Part shown: in pieces, positions 9,042 through 16,222 of the stretch
Position numbering within the stretch: position 1 is the first letter of the stretch
How the letters are laid out: every line of letters begins with the position of its first letter
Notes under the pieces: model-generated
What the model saw: the letters and a program-made list of their open reading frames with translations, nothing else
Database searches by the model: none
What the model was told of the DNA's origin: nothing
NCBI GenBank assembly: GCA_012511795.1
Contig: JAAZFJ010000162.1
Location: 66 to 64,065, forward strand
Length of the DNA stretch: 64,000 bases
From: Syntrophomonadaceae bacterium
Lineage (GTDB): Bacteria; Bacillota; Syntrophomonadia; Syntrophomonadales; Syntrophomonadaceae
Direction: 5' to 3'
Program-made: the position numbers and the translations under genes

Positions 9042-10085
9042 ATGACTAGACTGACTGAGATGGTTCGGGCAGCCGGATGAGCTGCTAAAATGGGTCCGGG
9101 GACCCTTGAAGAAATATTAAAAGATTTTGTATTTCCCACTGACCCTAATCTCCTGGTAGGACTGGAGACTAGGGATGATGCAGGTGTTTATAAAATAAAT
9201 GATGAAATTGCTATTATACAAACCCTGGATTTTTTTACACCCATGGTAGACGATCCGTTTATTTTTGGACAGATAGCTGCGACCAATGCCATCAATGACA
9301 TTTACGCCATGGGCGGTAAACCGCTCTTGGCTATGAATATAGTCTGTTTTCCTGATTGCGGAGATCTGGGTTTATTAAAACAAATACTGGCCGGCGGACT
9401 TGACAAGATTAAAGAAGCAGATGCCTTCCTGATAGGAGGACATACCGTAGATGATAATGAACCAAAATATGGACTGGCTGTCTGCGGTATCATTCATCCG
9501 GATAAAATAATATCAAACAGCGGGGCACAGAAGGATGATATATTGTTGTTAACAAAGCCCCTGGGAAACGGAGTTATATCAACTGGAATCAAGGCTGATC
9601 TGGCATCTGACGACGCTTATTCAGAAGCAACCCGCTGGATGTCTATTTTAAATAAAGATGCATGTTCGGTTATGCAAAAAATTGGCGTTCATGGTGCAAC
9701 TGATGTTACGGGATTTGGATTTCTAGGGCATCTTTTTGAATTGGCCGTGGCCAGCGATGTTTCAGTGGAGGTGGTAGCCGATCAGGTACCTTTCATGACC
9801 GGAACATTGGAATATGCCCAAATGGGACTAATACCTGGTGGTGCCTATAAAAACCGTGATTATCTAAATGGAAAAGTACAATTTTTTCCTGATGTTAAGC
9901 AGGAAATTAGAGATGTGCTTTTTTCGCCAGAAACAGCAGGCGGTATTTTGATGTCCGTTGACCAGGATAAACTACCGCAAATCACAGATAGTTTACAGCA
10001 GGAAGGATGCTTTTTCTCCATAGTTGGACGAGTATTGCGTAAAGGTTTTCAACCGATTAGGGTTATAAACTCCGACCGTGGCTAA
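9042..10085 (+). CDS. selD: Selenide, water dikinase (selenophosphate synthetase) SelD with in-frame TGA = Sec at 9078-9080
   Basis: ATG 9042 lies 6 nt after GGGAGGGG. It reads MTRLTEMVRAAG-TGA-AAKMGPG in frame with the 9090..10085 ORF. The rest of the protein is AIR-synthase-like SelD (DDAGVY, FFTPMVDDP, GGHTVDD). Confidence 0.8.
9092..9105 (+). promoter_or_regulatory. Candidate SECIS apical hairpin for the selD UGA
   Basis: GGGTC-CGGG-GACCC begins 11 nt after the TGA. Confidence 0.4.
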
Positions 10086-10109
10086 GTCTGTAAAAAAGGG
10101 GGAGCAGAA

Positions 10110-10322
10110 TTGGAACGCAAACAATTTGAGCTGGGAGATATAGTGAGAATGAAAAAATCACATCCTTGTGGCAGTTATAGCTGGGAAATCACGCGCATGG
10201 GTGCTGATATAAAAATTAAATGCCTGGGATGCGCCAGGATAGTAATGCTTCCCCGCAGTCAATTTGAAAAAAGAATGGTTAGGGTGGAAAGTAAGAAGAA
10301 CCAGGACCAATCATCCCCCTGA
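10110..10322 (+). CDS. DUF951 family small protein (YyzM-like)
   Basis: It has GDIVRMKKSHPCGS...IKCLGCAR, a four-Cys zinc-ribbon-like pattern. Its position upstream of rpsF matches other Firmicutes. TTG start after GGGGGAG. Confidence 0.65.
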   Translation: MERKQFELGDIVRMKKSHPCGSYSWEITRMGADIKIKCLGCARIVMLPRSQFEKRMVRVESKKNQDQSSP

Positions 10323-10365
10323 TGCATAATATATAACAAGCTAAAAGGGCTGGGGGTGATAATTA

Positions 10366-10581
10366 ATGAATTTAAAAATAGTATCAACATCCCGATTTGC
10401 TTGTGGTGATTTGGTTACCGTAAAATCTTTAGGCGAAGGCAAGCACTTTTGTATAATAGCAATCAAAAGAGAAGATAACCATGAACCAATTGCGGTATTA
10501 AAAGCCCTTTTTAATGAAACCTACATTATCGAACAGCCTCTTAAAGAATTGAAGAGCTTGCTTATCAAAGGCAAGCTTTAA
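10366..10581 (+). CDS. Hypothetical 71-aa protein
   Basis: ATG lies 8 nt after GGGGGTGA. No family recognised. Confidence 0.4.
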   Translation: MNLKIVSTSRFACGDLVTVKSLGEGKHFCIIAIKREDNHEPIAVLKALFNETYIIEQPLKELKSLLIKGKL

Positions 10582-10582
10582 C

Positions 10583-10611
10583 TTGCATACGCAATCCATT
10601 CCTGATATAAT
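10583..10611 (+). promoter_or_regulatory. SigA-type promoter of the rpsF-ssb-rpsR operon
   Basis: TTGCAT (10583-10588), a 17-nt spacer, then TATAAT (10606-10611). It leaves a ~70-nt leader before rpsF. Confidence 0.6.
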
Positions 10612-10689
10612 TTACGGAAGTCCCTGCTCCGGTTTATCAATCGGGGCCTTTACCCATGTTTGGGTTAGTCCATAGGGAGGAGGTGTATT

Positions 10690-10983
10690 ATGCGTTCGTA
10701 TGAAATGATGTTCATTTTGAAGCCGGACCTGTCTGAAGAGGTGGTCGCTGAAACCAAAGAAAGGCTGCAATCGATTATTGCAGACTTTGGTGGTGAATTT
10801 GTCAATCAGGCAGATGGATGGGGCAAAAAACGCCTGGCATATAGCATCCAGGATTATCTGGAAGGCGTTTACAGCTTATGGTTTTTCAAAGGTACAGCGG
10901 ATACTGTCCAGGAATTGGATAGGGTTATCAAATTATCCGATAAATTTCTACGTCACATGATAATTCGTCAGGATGAAAAGTAG
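10690..10983 (+). CDS. rpsF: 30S ribosomal protein S6
   Basis: MRSYEMMFILKPDL...GKKRLAYSI is the classic S6 sequence. Confidence 0.95.
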   Translation: MRSYEMMFILKPDLSEEVVAETKERLQSIIADFGGEFVNQADGWGKKRLAYSIQDYLEGVYSLWFFKGTADTVQELDRVIKLSDKFLRHMIIRQDEK

Positions 10984-11004
10984 CTAAGTTGGGGGTGTAT
11001 AAAC

Positions 11005-11439
11005 TTGCTTAACAGAGTTATTTTGATTGGCCGATTGACTCGTGACCCGGAGCTAAGGTATTTACAAAATGGAACAGCAGTTGCTTCATTTACTTTAGCA
11101 GTTGACCGCAAATACAATAAAGAGGAAACTGATTTTATTGATATCGTAGCTTGGCGGCAATTAGCTGAACACTGTGCCAACTATCTGAGCAAAGGAAGAC
11201 TGGTGGCTGTGGAAGGAAGATTACAGATTCGCAGCTACGAAGACAAAGAAGGGCAAAAGCGTAAGAGCGCTCAAGTTGTTGCTGACGATGTGCGTTTTCT
11301 TGATAAAGGGACTAGCTCTGCCAAAACTACAGCTTCAGCAAACCCGCTCAATGATGATTGGGAAGCACTGGGACGTGAAGTTAGCCGGGATGAAATAGAC
11401 ATAGTAGAAAACCAACGAGATGATGAGATACCTTTCTAA
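11005..11439 (+). CDS. ssb: Single-stranded DNA-binding protein
   Basis: MLNRVILIGRLTRDPELRY OB-fold N-terminus with acidic tip DDEIPF. TTG start. Confidence 0.95.
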   Translation: MLNRVILIGRLTRDPELRYLQNGTAVASFTLAVDRKYNKEETDFIDIVAWRQLAEHCANYLSKGRLVAVEGRLQIRSYEDKEGQKRKSAQVVADDVRFLDKGTSSAKTTASANPLNDDWEALGREVSRDEIDIVENQRDDEIPF

Positions 11440-11457
11440 ACAAAGGAGGGAACATTT

Positions 11458-11682
11458 TTGAAAAAAGACAGACGTAAAAAAAGACGTCAGTGTAATTTTT
11501 GTGCTGATAAAATAGAGGCAATAGATTACAAGGAGATACCAAAATTACGCAGATATATTACTGAAAGAGGTAAAATCTTACCCCGCAGGATCACTGGCAA
11601 CTGTGCTAATCATCAGCGCCAGCTTACAATAGCAGTAAAAAGAGCGCGAGTCGTGGCTCTTCTACCTTATACAGCAGAATAA
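11458..11682 (+). CDS. rpsR: 30S ribosomal protein S18
   Basis: It has [15 protein letters not shown]...[21 protein letters not shown]. Confidence 0.95.
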   Translation: MKKDRRKKRRQCNFCADKIEAIDYKEIPKLRRYITERGKILPRRITGNCANHQRQLTIAVKRARVVALLPYTAE

Positions 11683-11693
11683 AGAAAATTAAT

Positions 11694-11718
11694 AAGCCCT
11701 CATCAGAGGGCTTATTTG
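11694..11718 (+). terminator. Intrinsic terminator after rpsR
   Basis: AAGCCCT-catcag-AGGGCTT followed by a T-rich tract. Confidence 0.6.
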
Positions 11719-11764
11719 CACTATCAGGGAAGTATAAGTTTTTAAAGGGCGATAGTATTAGCTC

Positions 11765-11875
11765 TTTACCCTTCACCCTTTGGGAACTAATGATGTTCGC
11801 TTTCGCTCACCCATAATGCTGCGGGTATTACGATGCTCTCTAGCCTTCGCCATTAAGGTAGCGGCGCAGTCGGGT
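11765..11875 (-). repeat. Two degenerate copies, in inverted orientation, of the repeat family seen at 15772-15940
   Basis: The reverse complement reads ...ATTATGGGTGAGCGAAAGCGAACATCATTAGTTCCCAAAGGGTGAAG. This aligns by eye with ATTATAAAAAAGCGAGCGAAGCGAACATGAAATCATTGTGCTCGCAGAGTGCT. Confidence 0.5.
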
Positions 11876-11934
11876 TTTCTTTATCTTTTATCTCAAGAAA
11901 GAATAGGTTAAAGTGGTAGAAGAGAAATAGGGAG

Positions 11935-12258
11935 GTGAAATCATTGATTGGTAAGAGCAAAGAAATCGATATCGCCAAAAACTTGCGTGTCATTGAATGG
12001 CTGAAAGCTGATCTGGTAGATACAGTAGGCGCTTTATTCAAAGCTCTTTTAAAAAAAGGAGATGATGTGGCTGGCGATGCTTTAGCTTCCATTATAATTA
12101 TCTGTTATCTTTTGGGCAGACGTATTGGAATAGATTTTACCAGTACTGATGTTCAGATCAAAAGTAAATTAAATAATAGTATAGATAATGCAACTGAAAG
12201 TGAACAATGGAATACAGATCTTCTGGAATTACGTAATTATCTGGGAAAAAAGAGGTGA
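11935..12258 (+). CDS. Small conserved protein, possibly MazG-like family
   Basis: ~105-aa helical protein between rpsR and yybS. The start is GTG 11935 or TTG 11944, after GGGAGG. The family call is tentative. Confidence 0.4.
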   Translation: MKSLIGKSKEIDIAKNLRVIEWLKADLVDTVGALFKALLKKGDDVAGDALASIIIICYLLGRRIGIDFTSTDVQIKSKLNNSIDNATESEQWNTDLLELRNYLGKKR

Positions 12259-12262
12259 TTAT

Positions 12263-13222
12263 TTGCTGCCCTTATTTATTTTTTTAGCTCTATCAACAAT
12301 TGAATGCATTCTAATAGCACTAGTACCAGCAATAAGTTTACTTACAACTATTCTTTGGGGAGCAACCTTGATTATAGCGGGAACTTACGTATCTCGCAGC
12401 CAGTTATTCATAGTATTCCTGACTAATTTAGTTATACTTTTTATTCTTCTAGGGTTAAATGGCACTCTGCTTTTTCTGCTTTTTTTTGGGTTGGCAGGTA
12501 TAGCCATGAGTTATTTATCTAATTGCGATAACAATTATTATTTTATACAAAGAAGCGGTGTAGTTACTGTTTTAATTGGTATAAGCATTTTTTTATCATT
12601 TTTTTATTATGGGACTGATCAAGCAGGATTACCTGAACAGGAAGCAGAGTTAAAGGCGTATATGCAAGAAGCCATAGATAATTTTGAGGAATATGATTTT
12701 TATCAAATATATGAAGAACAGGGAATAACCAAAGCGGATATTGAAGAAAGTTTTAATGATATGGTAACCATTATTTTTAATCATTTACCCGCGCTATACT
12801 ATGTTCAGGGGATTATGGTAATATTTTTCATGCTATTTCTTGCTGAAAGGGTGAGCCAAACTCACGGAAACAAACGTCTAAAAAAACAGCCTTTTGTCAG
12901 AGAAATAATGCCCTGGCAGGTAGTATGGATATTTATTGCAGGACTGGGACTATGGTTGTGGGGGCGAGAACAAGCATCAAATATCTATTATGCAGGTTCA
13001 AATATCCTGGCCATAATTACCCCGATAGCTCTATATTACGGTTTATCAGTAGTTTTATATTTATGGTCAAAAACACATATGAAAAAAAATATATTTTTTA
13101 TGATTTTTGGACTCTTTTTTATATTAATTTTCACTATACCATTTATCATTTTATTAATTTTAATTGGGCTTTTTGATGCCCTGATAGATTATAGAAAAAT
13201 AAGGTTACAAGAGGAGGTCTAA
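12263..13222 (+). CDS. yybS: YybS-like (DUF2232) polytopic membrane protein
   Basis: TTG 12263 follows AAGAGGTGA. The multi-TM protein lies immediately upstream of rplI, as yybS does in Bacillus. Confidence 0.6.
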   Translation: MLPLFIFLALSTIECILIALVPAISLLTTILWGATLIIAGTYVSRSQLFIVFLTNLVILFILLGLNGTLLFLLFFGLAGIAMSYLSNCDNNYYFIQRSGVVTVLIGISIFLSFFYYGTDQAGLPEQEAELKAYMQEAIDNFEEYDFYQIYEEQGITKADIEESFNDMVTIIFNHLPALYYVQGIMVIFFMLFLAERVSQTHGNKRLKKQPFVREIMPWQVVWIFIAGLGLWLWGREQASNIYYAGSNILAIITPIALYYGLSVVLYLWSKTHMKKNIFFMIFGLFFILIFTIPFIILLILIGLFDALIDYRKIRLQEEV

Positions 13223-13227
13223 CATCT

Positions 13228-13677
13228 ATGGAAGTTATTTTGTTAAAAGATATAAAAGATTTAGGTAAAGCTGGAGAAAGAAAAGTATTGGCAGACGGAT
13301 ATGCCAGAAATTACTTAATTCCCAGAGGTTTGGCAGTCGAAGCCACGAAAGAAAGGCTTAAGGAAACCGAGGAAAAAAATCTAAAAGCACAAAAAATAAA
13401 GGAAAAAGAGATAAAGGCGGCAGAAAATTTAAAGCAGCAATTAGATGGGAAAACCATAAAAATAAGCCTGAGAACCGGTGGCGGCGATAAGCTTTTTGGA
13501 GCAGTAACCACCAAAGAAATAGCAGACATTCTGGATAAACAACTTAAAATAAAAATGGATAAGAAAAAAATAGAGATCAACGAACCTATTAAGCATTTAG
13601 GGGAGTATAAAATAAAAATCAAATTGTATTCTGCAATCCAAGCGGAAGTTAATTTGGTAGTTTCATCATCAGAATAG
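13228..13677 (+). CDS. rplI: 50S ribosomal protein L9
   Basis: [40 protein letters not shown]. Confidence 0.95.
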   Translation: MEVILLKDIKDLGKAGERKVLADGYARNYLIPRGLAVEATKERLKETEEKNLKAQKIKEKEIKAAENLKQQLDGKTIKISLRTGGGDKLFGAVTTKEIADILDKQLKIKMDKKKIEINEPIKHLGEYKIKIKLYSAIQAEVNLVVSSSE

Positions 13678-13693
13678 TTGTAGGAGGATTTAA

Positions 13694-15589
13694 GTGAAGC
13701 AGTATCAGATAAAGCAAAAGAAGCAGCCTTATTCACAGCATAATGAAATGGAATTAAGTTGGCGAGTAGAATCGATTTATAAAATACTAAAGAATATATA
13801 CGGTACCCAGGGTTTGATTTTGCGGGCCAGTAAGCTTGACGCCTTGGACCTTATGGGGTCGCCATTAATAGATGATCGTATTTTAGCCTTGCAAAAATTG
13901 CTGGAAGACCCCTGTATAAATGATGTAGGCAGTGCTTCTGACAGGGTAGATAAAGTGGATTATTTGGAATCCCTGGTTACAGATATTTATGCCCGTAAAA
14001 CAGTGGAAGAGGAACTCCAGCAACATATTCAAGCCAAAATTGACCAGAAATATAATGATTATTTACAGGAAATAAAGCTGGAAGTATTAAAAGAGCAAAC
14101 CGTCTGCCGGGAAAACGCGCAAACTTTAAAAAAATATGGTTATTTAGAAAAAATGGAGAAGACATCCCTTAATCACTCAGCACTGGATATACTTAGGCCA
14201 ACCTCATTAAAGGAGATTTTTGGCCAGGATAAAGCAATCAAATCTTTAATAACCAAGCTTAATACACCATATCCTCAGCATATCCTTCTCTATGGACCTC
14301 CTGGAGTGGGAAAAACTACTTGTGCACGATTAGCTCTTGAAATCGTTAAGGGTAGAAATAATTCCCCCTTTCAGAGGAATGCGCCTTTTATTGAAGTTGA
14401 TGGAACTACTTTACGCTGGGACCCGCGAGAATCAACAAATCCACTATTAGGATCAGTCCACGACCCGATATACCAGGGAGCCAGGCGGGAACTGGCAGAG
14501 GACGGAATTCCTGAACCAAAACCGGGGATGGTTTCAGATGCTCATGGAGGGATTTTGTTTATTGATGAAATTGGTGAAATGGACCCGCTCCTGCAAAATA
14601 AACTGCTTAAAGTCATGGAAGATAAAAGGGTTTATTTTGAATCATCCTATTATGATCCGCATGACAAAAGAATCCCCAAGTATATAAAGAAAATTTTTGA
14701 AGACGGGATCCCGGCAGATTTTGTTCTGATAGGTGCCACCACACGGAATAAAAATGATATCAATCCGGCATTTCGTTCCCGCTGTATGGAAATATATTTC
14801 GAACCGCTTCGAGCTGAACATATAAAACAAATTGTAAGACTTTCAGCCCAAAAGCTGAATATAAAGATAGAAGCGGGAGTTGATGACATAATTGCTGAAT
14901 ATACAAGTGATGGAAGAAACGCCAATAAAATTCTGGCAGATGGATATTCACTCAGTCTCTATGAAAACACGGAAAATAAAACACCCTTGGTAACCAGAGA
15001 ACATGTTTACGAGGTCATTCAAAACAACCGTATTATTCCGGATATAAACAGCAGAGCAAGTGATTCCAGTGAAATTGGGAAAATATTTGGTTTAGGTGTA
15101 GCAGGTTTTCGTGGTAGTTTAATGGAAATCGAGGCCATTGCCTTTACAACAGAAACAATGGGAAAAGGCTCGATCAGATTTAATGAAACAGCTGGATTAA
15201 TGGCGAAAGATTCGGTTTTTAACGCAGCTTCAGTTTTACGCAACGAATGTAACGAAAGCCTTCAAAATTATGATTTACATATTAATATAATTGGCGGCGG
15301 AAATGTTGATGGGCCTTCAGCAGGAGCAGGAATATTCCTGGTGATACTAAGTTCCATCAGACACAGACCTATTCGCCAGGATGTAGCCATAACGGGTGAA
15401 ATATCAATCCAGGGTAATGTTAAACCGGTGGGGGGAATCTATGAAAAAATATATGCAGCTAAACAGGCGGGAATAAAGAAAGTCTTGATACCGGAAAAGA
15501 ACCTAAAGGATATTCCCAACGGCATCAGCGGCATTCAAATTATTCCGATAAAGCACATAAATGAAGCATATCCGCATGTTTTTAATTAG
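13694..15589 (+). CDS. Lon-family ATP-dependent protease (LonC-like sporulation-type Lon)
   Basis: It has Walker A GPPGVGKT, Walker B ILFIDEIGEM, and a C-terminal Lon protease domain with DGPSAGAG (Ser) and AAKQAGIKKVLIP (Lys). Confidence 0.75.
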   Translation: MKQYQIKQKKQPYSQHNEMELSWRVESIYKILKNIYGTQGLILRASKLDALDLMGSPLIDDRILALQKLLEDPCINDVGSASDRVDKVDYLESLVTDIYARKTVEEELQQHIQAKIDQKYNDYLQEIKLEVLKEQTVCRENAQTLKKYGYLEKMEKTSLNHSALDILRPTSLKEIFGQDKAIKSLITKLNTPYPQHILLYGPPGVGKTTCARLALEIVKGRNNSPFQRNAPFIEVDGTTLRWDPRESTNPLLGSVHDPIYQGARRELAEDGIPEPKPGMVSDAHGGILFIDEIGEMDPLLQNKLLKVMEDKRVYFESSYYDPHDKRIPKYIKKIFEDGIPADFVLIGATTRNKNDINPAFRSRCMEIYFEPLRAEHIKQIVRLSAQKLNIKIEAGVDDIIAEYTSDGRNANKILADGYSLSLYENTENKTPLVTREHVYEVIQNNRIIPDINSRASDSSEIGKIFGLGVAGFRGSLMEIEAIAFTTETMGKGSIRFNETAGLMAKDSVFNAASVLRNECNESLQNYDLHINIIGGGNVDGPSAGAGIFLVILSSIRHRPIRQDVAITGEISIQGNVKPVGGIYEKIYAAKQAGIKKVLIPEKNLKDIPNGISGIQIIPIKHINEAYPHVFN

Positions 15590-15601
15590 TGAGCTGTTTA
15601 A

Positions 15602-15629
15602 GTAGAAGGATCTCCTTCTACTTTTTTTT
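15602..15629 (+). terminator. Intrinsic terminator after lon
   Basis: GTAGAAGGA-tct-CCTTCTAC followed by TTTTTTTT. Confidence 0.75.
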
Positions 15630-15702
15630 GCAAATCATAAACTAAACATAGAAGTTCGGTTGACCTTTTTAGCTAATTTAGTTAAAATATCGTTGTTACT
15701 AA

Positions 15703-15777
15703 GCGGGAGTAGCTCAGTGGCAGAGCACCGGCTTCCCAAGCCGGGTGTCGAGGGTTCGAACCCCTTTTCCCGCTCCA
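15703..15777 (+). tRNA. tRNA-Gly (anticodon CCC), CCA encoded
   Basis: GCGGGAGTAGCTCAGTGGCAGAGCA... The anticodon stem is CCGGC/GCCGG with loop TTCCCAA, and the T-arm is GGGTTCGAACCCC. Confidence 0.85.
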
Positions 15778-15940
15778 TTATAAAAAAGCGAGCGAAGCGA
15801 ACGTGAAATCATTGTGCCCGTAGGGTGCTCCATTATAAAAAAGCGAGCGAAGCGAACATGAAATCATTGTGCTCGCAGAGTGCTACATTTACTTATAAGC
15901 GAGCAAGGCGAGCCCGTAATCATTGTGTGCCCCCAAAAAG
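15772..15940 (+). repeat. Three tandem 55-bp direct repeats starting inside the tRNA-Gly 3' end
   Basis: Units start at 15772, 15827 and 15882. Units 1 and 2 differ at 4 of 55 positions and both begin GCTCCATTATAAAAAAGCGAGCGAAGCGAAC. Unit 3 is diverged. Confidence 0.85.
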
Positions 15941-16032
15941 GGCTCTATACAAACTGAGCAGTGAATTGGTTGTATTTTACTGGAAAATACTCAATGACGA
16001 TGATTATTTATATACAGGAAAGGAGAACAACG

Positions 16033-16179
16033 ATGAACAAACATATTATAACCGTTGTGAAGCCGCATTTAAAAAGAGACAAGGAATTGATCAATTGTAG
16101 AGAGTGTGCTACTTCATGTCAATCTGCCTGTAAAACATCTTGCACCGTTGGTAACCAAACTTGCCGCAATAATAAATAA
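16033..16179 (+). CDS. SCIFF six-cysteine peptide (ranthipeptide precursor), 48 aa
   Basis: ATG 16033 lies 7 nt after AGGAG (16021-16025). The peptide MNKHIITVVKPHLKRDKELINCRECATSCQSACKTSCTVGNQTCRNNK contains the SCIFF core CxxCxxSCQSACKTSCTVGNQxC. Confidence 0.9.
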   Translation: MNKHIITVVKPHLKRDKELINCRECATSCQSACKTSCTVGNQTCRNNK

Positions 16180-16222
16180 CAACCAAATTATCTAATGTTT
16201 TGAACTGTAGAGGAGAAATTAG

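Noticed and set aside
11853-12092. A 79-aa minus-strand ORF overlapping the repeat region and the MazG-like gene
   Set aside because: It is antisense to a better-supported gene and has no RBS. It starts inside the neighbouring gene.
13311-13736. A 141-aa minus-strand ORF antisense to rplI
   Set aside because: rplI is unambiguous. The antisense frame stays open only because of Lys/Glu-rich codon bias on the sense strand.
15772-15940. Possible CRISPR array
   Set aside because: The 55-bp units are directly contiguous with no unique spacers, there are only three copies, and no cas genes are present. It is a tandem repeat, not a CRISPR array.
15825-16100. A 91-aa plus-strand ORF spanning the tandem repeats and running into the SCIFF gene
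   Set aside because: It has no RBS. The reading frame is created by the repeat units themselves and overlaps the real SCIFF start out of frame.
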